Shown here one piece after another: positions 28,394 through 35,051 of a stretch of DNA of 64,000 nt. The stretch lies in contig CAYWLQ010000003.1 of assembly GCA_964458775.1 (NCBI GenBank), forward strand, positions 17,923-81,922, written 5' to 3'. The stretch is from an uncultured Myxococcales bacterium. Its GTDB lineage: Bacteria > Myxococcota_A > Polyangia > JAAYKL01. The position numbers were made by a program, and so were the translations under genes. Every line of letters begins with the position of its first letter. Position 1 is the first letter of the stretch. The notes below the pieces were generated by a model. That model was given only the letters and a program-made list of their open reading frames with translations, ran no database searches and had not been told where the DNA came from.

Positions 28394-29857
28394 TTGCCGA
28401 AAAAGTATAAAAATGAAATCTATTCGGACGAGGATATAGAAACGGCAAGAATTATTCAGAGTCTGTTTTTGCATTCTCCCGCAAATGCGCGAGAATTGTT
28501 GATAAGGTTATCATCTCTAGACCTCTCGTTGATAAGAAGCGTGATCATTGATGAATTGGAAGCCGGTCATCTTGATGAAAAACAAGGTGCTTTGGTTGTT
28601 GCTGTATTGGATTTAATAGGTATCGGTGCGGAACGCCACAGACTCATGTCTATTGTAACCGATGATGAGTGTGAAGCATATATTAGAATATTGGCAGCGA
28701 TGTCCTTGATATCGTATGACCCTAGTATTATGAAATTCTTAGCTTCAGATGTAGGAACCGCTATTATAAATGATATAGTTGAAAAAAACCTTGCAGATAT
28801 TCTTACCCTTCAACAATCGAATAGAATGGCGGACATTGTTTTTAGACTATTAAAAAGTAGAAGAAGAGACAGTTCTTCTATAGCATTGTTGAATCGCATT
28901 GAAGCATGTCGCATAGGTCTCGGCATTTCTTGTGCTGAAATGTATGCGTATTGCATAGATGCACCCGGTCTTTATTTTGTAAGAAACAAAATTCTTGAGT
29001 TCTTTATAGAAGAAGCGTCTGACGAAGGAATTGCTTTCTTGGAAGCCTCAAAAACTCAAGAACTTGGTGTTGACGAAAAACTCATTCAAGCAGCTTTGTT
29101 GCGATTGCGAAGTACAAGAATAGACGATAGAAGATGCAAGAGAAAGATAAAAGGTAAAGGCTTTATAAGCAATTGCGATGCTGACGGAGGATATATTGCT
29201 GTCGGTATCTTTGAGAATCCTGATCAAACTGTAAGCGTATCAGAACTGTACATGAATGTTATGGGAGCAATATGTGACGGTGTGCTTCATCCGAGATTGA
29301 GTCCTGTGTCAGCTGAAGCTGTGGTAAAGAGTATCTGTAAGGAGTCAGGTTGCTTTTTTGTTGAGGTTTCAATAGAGGAATGTGCTGCTGCTATTATTGA
29401 CAATCCACAAACACCGTTGACAGCGCTTTGCCATGGAGATGATGAGTTAAAGAGAGCAACTCTAAGATTTTTAGAAGCATATCCAATTGAAGAGTTTTCA
29501 AAGTTTTCTTTTAATCTTGTATCAATAACCGAGGAATCTGTTACCTCACTTCTTAATCGTCAAGAATATATTGATACGTGGATTTTTGACGTCTCAGATT
29601 TTGAATCAGAAAACATACCTTTACCCAACAACGCCGGACCGGACGATCAATGGATTTCACAAGCAGTAGAACGAATTGCTTCGTCTGGAAAACATAAAGA
29701 AATTGCTGCAATGGCGGAACATATGTCTAAGTGGCATGCCTGGAAAGGGGAAACAAGGCTTGCAAATCTCGCCGCGTCTTTAGCTGAAGAAATAAGACTA
29801 TCTCCTGTCGACAGCTTTTTAATCAGATCTATGCTGGAAAGATCATGTATGCAGTAG
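28394..29857 (+). CDS. Hypothetical protein (helical, no family recognised)
   Basis: A 487-aa ORF with a TTG start, host-like composition and no competing ORF. Confidence 0.5.
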   Translation: MPKKYKNEIYSDEDIETARIIQSLFLHSPANARELLIRLSSLDLSLIRSVIIDELEAGHLDEKQGALVVAVLDLIGIGAERHRLMSIVTDDECEAYIRILAAMSLISYDPSIMKFLASDVGTAIINDIVEKNLADILTLQQSNRMADIVFRLLKSRRRDSSSIALLNRIEACRIGLGISCAEMYAYCIDAPGLYFVRNKILEFFIEEASDEGIAFLEASKTQELGVDEKLIQAALLRLRSTRIDDRRCKRKIKGKGFISNCDADGGYIAVGIFENPDQTVSVSELYMNVMGAICDGVLHPRLSPVSAEAVVKSICKESGCFFVEVSIEECAAAIIDNPQTPLTALCHGDDELKRATLRFLEAYPIEEFSKFSFNLVSITEESVTSLLNRQEYIDTWIFDVSDFESENIPLPNNAGPDDQWISQAVERIASSGKHKEIAAMAEHMSKWHAWKGETRLANLAASLAEEIRLSPVDSFLIRSMLERSCMQ

Positions 29858-29954
29858 GTAGAACTCGATTGGTCCGTTAATTTTCATGAATCAGTAGATA
29901 CAGAATCTTTATTGTGATATCAAAATTGTAGAAGTAAATATAACGGATTATAAG

Positions 29955-31445
29955 ATGACAAAACAATTAAATTTTATTTGGATATGGAGTACGATAACTT
30001 TATTGACCTCGACAGTTGCTGTTTCAGAAGAACAGGACACTTCGGTCGGACCGAAGAAGCCTGAAGGCGTTAGTGCACAATCTGAAAATGCAACGTTACT
30101 GACTCTTAAACAGTGTGTTCGTAAAGCATTGCAAAACAGTGCTAAGCTTAAAGCAGAAAGAGCGAGACTCACGGTTTTCGAGGAGCAGCAGGAACAACTA
30201 TGGTGGCTGCCGTTTTCTAATTTCAATTTAACAGCCGGATTTACAGTTGTTCAAGATAACTGTGCCAGGCTGTCCGAAGACGGAGCTGTTACGGCATGTG
30301 AAGGGAATGACAATATCGGTTCGGTAAACGACTGGAAAGATAAGAAATGGGGTCCCAGTTTTCATGCGTCTTTTAACGGAGCAATTCCCATACCTTCATC
30401 GAGAAAACTTTGGCATGGTAAAAGGGCGCTGGAAGGTGCACGAGGTGCAAAAGAGGCTATGTATAAAACTTTTGAGCATCAAATTGTATTTGACGTTCAT
30501 AGGGCATACCATGCACTCATTGGAGCAAGAGAAATGCACTACACGCTCATCGAGGGCCGAAAGCATCTAAAAAAGGCTATTGAGAAAGTTGAGGAAAATC
30601 TAGAAAACCAAGAAGGCACGGATACGCAAATTGACCTGGTAAAACTAAAAGTATTTGATGCCAAACTCGATGCAATGGAACAACAGGTTCTTCAAATTGA
30701 GAAAACAGCTCTTGCAGGCTTGAATTTTTTGGTGGGCACGGACAACAATCGTCGCATAGATATTGCAGATACTCCGCAAGAACCTATTGATATTAAGTTG
30801 AAACCTTTGGATGACTATAAAAAGACAGCCGTTGAGTCTAGACCTGAGTTTGAGGCACTTAGAAAGGGCATTAAAGCACTCGAAAATAAATTAAAGATTT
30901 ACAAGTCCGATTTTGCTCCGGATTTTGCGCTGACTTTCTCTTTTAGAAAGGGATATACACCTGGTGTAGAAATGGATTACAACAACGGTTCAACGCCCTT
31001 TATTTTCAGCAACAGTTATAATTACGGAAGTATTGTGCCGGGGCTTTTTCTTGTAGGCAAAATGCCGCTTAATTTTGGAGTAAAAGTTCATAAGGTTAGA
31101 GAAGCAAAAGCTGAAATTCAAGCGCTGGCTTCAGATGAGAAGTATGCAATGGAGGGTATTTTACTGGAGGTTGAGACTTCGTATATTGAAGCAGAGTCGT
31201 TGCAAGAAGCAGTAAAGGCGCTAGATAAGTCAAAGCGACTCGCCAAGGGATGGCTGAATGCAGCGGTTCAAAATCAAACCGTGGGAGTGGGTTCGTCCAA
31301 TGATTTAAAGGACGCGCTCAAAGAGTTTTTCGGTATTGTTGCCGAATACCATTTAAGGATCAGTGAACTCAACACTGCTGTCGCCAAGCTGGAAAAAGCA
31401 GTCGGCAAAACTGTATTGCTGCCTCAGTCGGAAACCTCTGAATAA
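29955..31445 (+). CDS. TolC-family outer-membrane efflux protein
   Basis: 496 aa with a signal peptide and two tandem helical OEP-type repeats. No pump genes are adjacent. Confidence 0.75.
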   Translation: MTKQLNFIWIWSTITLLTSTVAVSEEQDTSVGPKKPEGVSAQSENATLLTLKQCVRKALQNSAKLKAERARLTVFEEQQEQLWWLPFSNFNLTAGFTVVQDNCARLSEDGAVTACEGNDNIGSVNDWKDKKWGPSFHASFNGAIPIPSSRKLWHGKRALEGARGAKEAMYKTFEHQIVFDVHRAYHALIGAREMHYTLIEGRKHLKKAIEKVEENLENQEGTDTQIDLVKLKVFDAKLDAMEQQVLQIEKTALAGLNFLVGTDNNRRIDIADTPQEPIDIKLKPLDDYKKTAVESRPEFEALRKGIKALENKLKIYKSDFAPDFALTFSFRKGYTPGVEMDYNNGSTPFIFSNSYNYGSIVPGLFLVGKMPLNFGVKVHKVREAKAEIQALASDEKYAMEGILLEVETSYIEAESLQEAVKALDKSKRLAKGWLNAAVQNQTVGVGSSNDLKDALKEFFGIVAEYHLRISELNTAVAKLEKAVGKTVLLPQSETSE

Positions 31446-31613
31446 AAATAACAAACACTCCCTTTGCAACTGTGATTATCACGGTGACTTGTACATCGAA
31501 AAAAAATATATTGAATACTGACATAACGCTGTCAGCAGCACTTTTGTATGCTCTCCTTAGAACACGAGAAGTTTGTTTTTACAGACTGTTCTCCTTAAAA
31601 AAAGGAAAAAAAG

Positions 31614-32021
31614 ATGAGAGTTAAAAAAAGTGTACCTCTGATAATTACAGACAAAGTAGAAGAGCAGAAAAATTTTTACTGTGAAAACTTTGGATTTCAC
31701 CCTCTCTTTGACAACGGGGACTATCTGGCTCTTGCATCGAATGACGGAAGCTGCGAAATTGCTTTTATGAAACCGTGCAAAACAGAATCGACAGGAGAAA
31801 AAATTAATTCGCCTAAAAGTCTTATCTTTTGTTTTGAAGTTGATAACACAGATGTCGAGTATGCACGTCTTTGTAAAAAGGGAATAGAGTTCATTCAAGT
31901 CCCTCAGGATAATCCGTGGGGAGACAGAAGTGCAATTTTGTCGGATACTATCGGCATCAGCATATATATATACAATGCTATTCCCATGACCGAAGAATTT
32001 TCTCAATTTGTAAAGGAGTAG
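31614..32021 (+). CDS. VOC/glyoxalase-bleomycin-resistance family protein
   Basis: 135 aa with a VOC-like pattern (EEQKNFYCENFGFHPLFD...DNPWGDRSAILSDTIGISIYIY). Confidence 0.7.
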   Translation: MRVKKSVPLIITDKVEEQKNFYCENFGFHPLFDNGDYLALASNDGSCEIAFMKPCKTESTGEKINSPKSLIFCFEVDNTDVEYARLCKKGIEFIQVPQDNPWGDRSAILSDTIGISIYIYNAIPMTEEFSQFVKE

Positions 32022-32022
32022 A

Positions 32023-32706
32023 ATGCGTCGCGCAGATCGCCTTTTTTCTATTGTTCAGATTCTGCGAAACCGCAGTTTAACCACGGCCAAGTATCTGGCG
32101 GAAATTTTGGAGATATCTGAAAGAACCGTTTATCGGGATATAAGTGACCTGCTTTGCTCGGGAGTGCCTGTTATGGGCGAAGCCGGGGTGGGATATAGAC
32201 TTGATAAGAGCTACAATCTACCTCCTCTAATGTTTACCAAGGAGGAAATTGAAGCCCTTGTTTTGGGAGCCGGCATCGTTAGAAGTTGGGCGGATCGAAA
32301 TTTGGCTCGTGCAGCGGACCAGGCTATTTCGAAGATCGAAACCGTGCTGCCTCCTGTATTAAAGAACCGCATTAACAACACGCCCTTGTTTGCTGTTAAC
32401 TTTGCTCCGGATCAAAAACTGTCAGATCGACTAGTTCAATTGCGTGAAGCGGTTAACAGCATGCAAAAAATCAAGCTTATCTATATAAGTGCCAAAGAAG
32501 AGAAAACAAAGAGAACGGTCCGGCCGCTTTGTCTTACCTTTTTTGCTCCGATATGGATGCTGACGGCATGGTGTGAGCTGCGCAAGGCCTTTAGAAACTT
32601 TCGTTTAGACCGAATAGATAACATTGCTGTTTGCGACATTCGATTCAAAGAAGAAAAAGGCAAAACGCTCAATGACTATTTAATACAGATGAAGACTGAA
32701 AAATAA
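32023..32706 (+). CDS. YafY-family transcriptional regulator (HTH + WYL domain)
   Basis: N-terminal HTH RADRLFSIVQILRNRSLTTAKYLAEILEISERTVYRDISDL and a WYL-type middle domain (KIKLIYISAKEEKTKRTVRPL). The ATG lies 1 nt after the VOC stop, so the two are probably an operon. Confidence 0.85.
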   Translation: MRRADRLFSIVQILRNRSLTTAKYLAEILEISERTVYRDISDLLCSGVPVMGEAGVGYRLDKSYNLPPLMFTKEEIEALVLGAGIVRSWADRNLARAADQAISKIETVLPPVLKNRINNTPLFAVNFAPDQKLSDRLVQLREAVNSMQKIKLIYISAKEEKTKRTVRPLCLTFFAPIWMLTAWCELRKAFRNFRLDRIDNIAVCDIRFKEEKGKTLNDYLIQMKTEK

Positions 32707-32776
32707 TGTGCGAGAAGTAGGAGAAGTATTAATATAGGTTGTTTCTTAAAAGCGATGTGAAATAGGATATACCGTA

Positions 32777-33604
32777 ATGAAGAGAGCGCTAAAGAGAATC
32801 TCGGATATCTGGATTGCAGAGGCAACCGTATTAGCTGTGATAGCGATAAATGCGGTTGCTATGCTTGTATCTTCTCTTTTTGAATGCGGCACAGTTTCAC
32901 ATTCGGTATGCAACAATATAGATGTCGCGTGCGTCGTCTTTTTTATTATCGAAACCCTGATCAAAATAAACCGCAAAGGAATACACGGCTATTGGAAGTC
33001 TAATTGGAACAAATTTGACTTTATTATCGTACTAATGAGCCTGCCCGTCTTTGTTGAACACTTTATAGAAATCCAAGGTTTTGGAGTTGTTCTTATCTTT
33101 CGACTTGGAAGACTCTTCAGGCTCTTCAGACTCCTAATGTTTGTTCCCAATATCGAACATATGGTTAACGGAACGGTTCGTGCATTAAAGGCTTCAATAG
33201 GTGTTTTTATTGCGCTGTTGCTTTTCAATTTAATTTTTGCCATCGGAGCGACCATTCTTTTCGGCCAAATAGCACCTGAGTATTTTGGAAATCCCTTTTT
33301 GTCTATATATTCAACCTTTAAAGTTTTTACGGTGGAGGGCTGGTACGATATTCCCGATTTGATAGCAGAAAGAGCAAACAGTGATCTGCTGATAGTTGTA
33401 GTTCGTTCCTACTTTGTAATAGTGGTACTAGTAGGCGGAATTCTAGGTCTTTCTCTCGCCAATGCGGTGTTTGTCGATGAAATGACAATGGATAACACCA
33501 AAGAACTCGAAGACAAAATAGACAAACTAATTACAGAGATGATCGAAATTAAAAAATCTATAAATTCTTCGACACGGTCACAAGACGAGCAAGAGCATAC
33601 CTAG
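32777..33604 (+). CDS. Bacterial voltage-gated cation channel (BacNav/NaChBac-type, single 6-TM domain) with TVEGW filter
   Basis: 275 aa. S4 is RLGRLFRLFRLL, with Arg every third residue. The pore loop is STFKVFTVEGWYDIPD. A C-terminal coiled coil is ELEDKIDKLITEMIEIKKSI. Confidence 0.85.
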   Translation: MKRALKRISDIWIAEATVLAVIAINAVAMLVSSLFECGTVSHSVCNNIDVACVVFFIIETLIKINRKGIHGYWKSNWNKFDFIIVLMSLPVFVEHFIEIQGFGVVLIFRLGRLFRLFRLLMFVPNIEHMVNGTVRALKASIGVFIALLLFNLIFAIGATILFGQIAPEYFGNPFLSIYSTFKVFTVEGWYDIPDLIAERANSDLLIVVVRSYFVIVVLVGGILGLSLANAVFVDEMTMDNTKELEDKIDKLITEMIEIKKSINSSTRSQDEQEHT

Positions 33605-33612
33605 GGGCTAGA

Positions 33613-33759
33613 TCATACAGGAACCTTTGTTTTTTGCGGGGGAACTCGAACGGGTTTCCCATCGAAAGCCTGAATCAGATCGGTTCCGGTTTCGGCGGCT
33701 ATTTTTTCGGCGCGCTTTCGAGCACGTTTGAGCGCGGTAAGAGCGGCTTTAGTTCCTGT
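33613..33759 (-). pseudogene. Start-less 48-codon ORF remnant (C-terminal fragment of a small protein)
   Basis: The minus-strand frame reads TGTKAALTALKRARKRAEKIAAETGTDLIQAFDGKPVRVPPQKTKVPV and then TGA (33615-33613). An in-frame TGA bounds it upstream (33762-33760), and it contains no ATG, GTG or TTG. It is GC-rich like the adjacent insert. Confidence 0.3.
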
Positions 33760-33806
33760 TCAAACCGACTATTTAGATTCCTAAGTCATGGGTGTGCTCT
33801 CCGTAG

Positions 33807-35051
33807 TCAATGATTATCGACTATATTGGCCGCCCATATTACCAATCGCAACTCACTGTCGTCGATAACGCTGTATTCAGGAATCCGTCCGGACATTTTT
33901 TGACTTTCCGCCAAAATAATCGGTACGCCGTCCCCTCTTCGATCCATTAAAAACGTGCGGCCCAAAGCATCAGCCGGGTCTACTGAACAGCGCGCCAGTA
34001 GAGAGACTATCAATTCGTTCCGACTGTATTGGCGCATGCTCATGCTTTCCGGTGTAAGCGTATTGGCAAGCCCGCCGGGAACGTACAATTCCAGCCGGTC
34101 TTTGAACATATGGAGCCGTATGCGAGCACCGGCCATGGAATAGTCACGGTGGGCAACGGCATTGACCAGCGCTTCAAACACAGCTCTTTCACTAAACTGT
34201 GAAAGCTCCCTTCGACTTTGACCTTTCACAGCGCGTATCTGCTGATTGCGACGCACAAAATGTAAAGCTTCCTTAACTTGATTGTCGAGGGTGCCCCCAA
34301 AATCGCGCGCATCATTTTGGTAATTTACATCTGCCCGTTCCCCTGCATAACTGACCGCCTGAATTTGCGCATGGGACAAACGTTGTTGAGGGTCGTTGCT
34401 GCATAGGAGAACGCCGCCGACTGTCAGACGCAAGGTTCCATCATCATCGTCGGCAACAATCCGCAACTTTCGCAGCAAAGTTTCATCAGCACCGGCATTG
34501 TCCCTTAGAAAACGACTTGCCAGATCTGAATTGAGATCTGTTATTTCGCTGCCGGATACCACGGTTTCGTCGAATCGAATTACCCGACTTTGACTGCGTT
34601 CCTGGAACAAACGGGCGAGCACCTCAGGCTGCATTTCTCTTTTCGAGCTGCCGATACGGCGAAAGTATCCTCCCGGGCTTTTGTGAACAAACAGGCTCCT
34701 GTCCACTTCCACAGTGATAACCGGCACAAGCTTTCCGCTCGAATCGGACAGCTCCAGCTTTCGAATCATTGTATCCAACGGCGGTTTAATAGAATCGTTG
34801 CATACCTCGCGAACCCAACCCTCGACAACATCGAGTCGTTCGATCGGTATGCCGAAAATTTCACGTGTCTTGTCATCAACACCCAACACAAGTGTACCTC
34901 CGCGACCGTTTGCAAATGCAGCTAGCTCATCCGCAAAATCATCCCGATTGGGGGCTTTTACACGATCTCCCGCCAACAGGACTTGCTTCAATTCCAGACC
35001 GGAATCTTCGCCGAGGCGGATTCGTCTATCCAAACTGTCTTTATTATTCAT
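33807..35051 (-). CDS. AlbA_2 (Schlafen-like 'divergent AAA') + HATPase_c_4 protein, COG2865-type
   Basis: The N-terminus, GLELKQVLLAGDRVKAPNRDDFADELAAFANGRGGTLVLGVDD, matches the AlbA_2 pattern. The C-terminal FEALVNAVAHRDYSMAGARIRLHMFKDRLELYVPGGL matches HATPase_c_4. No C-terminal wHTH is seen. The ATG overlaps the stop region of the upstream gene by 8 nt (ATGAATAA). Confidence 0.8.
   Translation of the reverse strand: MNNKDSLDRRIRLGEDSGLELKQVLLAGDRVKAPNRDDFADELAAFANGRGGTLVLGVDDKTREIFGIPIERLDVVEGWVREVCNDSIKPPLDTMIRKLELSDSSGKLVPVITVEVDRSLFVHKSPGGYFRRIGSSKREMQPEVLARLFQERSQSRVIRFDETVVSGSEITDLNSDLASRFLRDNAGADETLLRKLRIVADDDDGTLRLTVGGVLLCSNDPQQRLSHAQIQAVSYAGERADVNYQNDARDFGGTLDNQVKEALHFVRRNQQIRAVKGQSRRELSQFSERAVFEALVNAVAHRDYSMAGARIRLHMFKDRLELYVPGGLANTLTPESMSMRQYSRNELIVSLLARCSVDPADALGRTFLMDRRGDGVPIILAESQKMSGRIPEYSVIDDSELRLVIWAANIVDNH

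Noticed and set aside
31557-32006. A 149-aa minus-strand ORF
   Set aside because: It is fully antisense to the VOC-family gene, which has clear motifs, an RBS-proximal start and operon coupling to yafY. The antisense translation is low-complexity and Phe/Lys-rich.
32023-32706. The YafY/WYL regulator as the controller of the neighbouring defence-like cassette (WYL regulators often accompany defence systems)
   Set aside because: It is coupled at a 1-nt distance to a VOC/glyoxalase gene, which is a common housekeeping pairing. It has host-like composition and lies on the opposite strand. A channel gene separates it from the insert. Nothing in the sequence links them.
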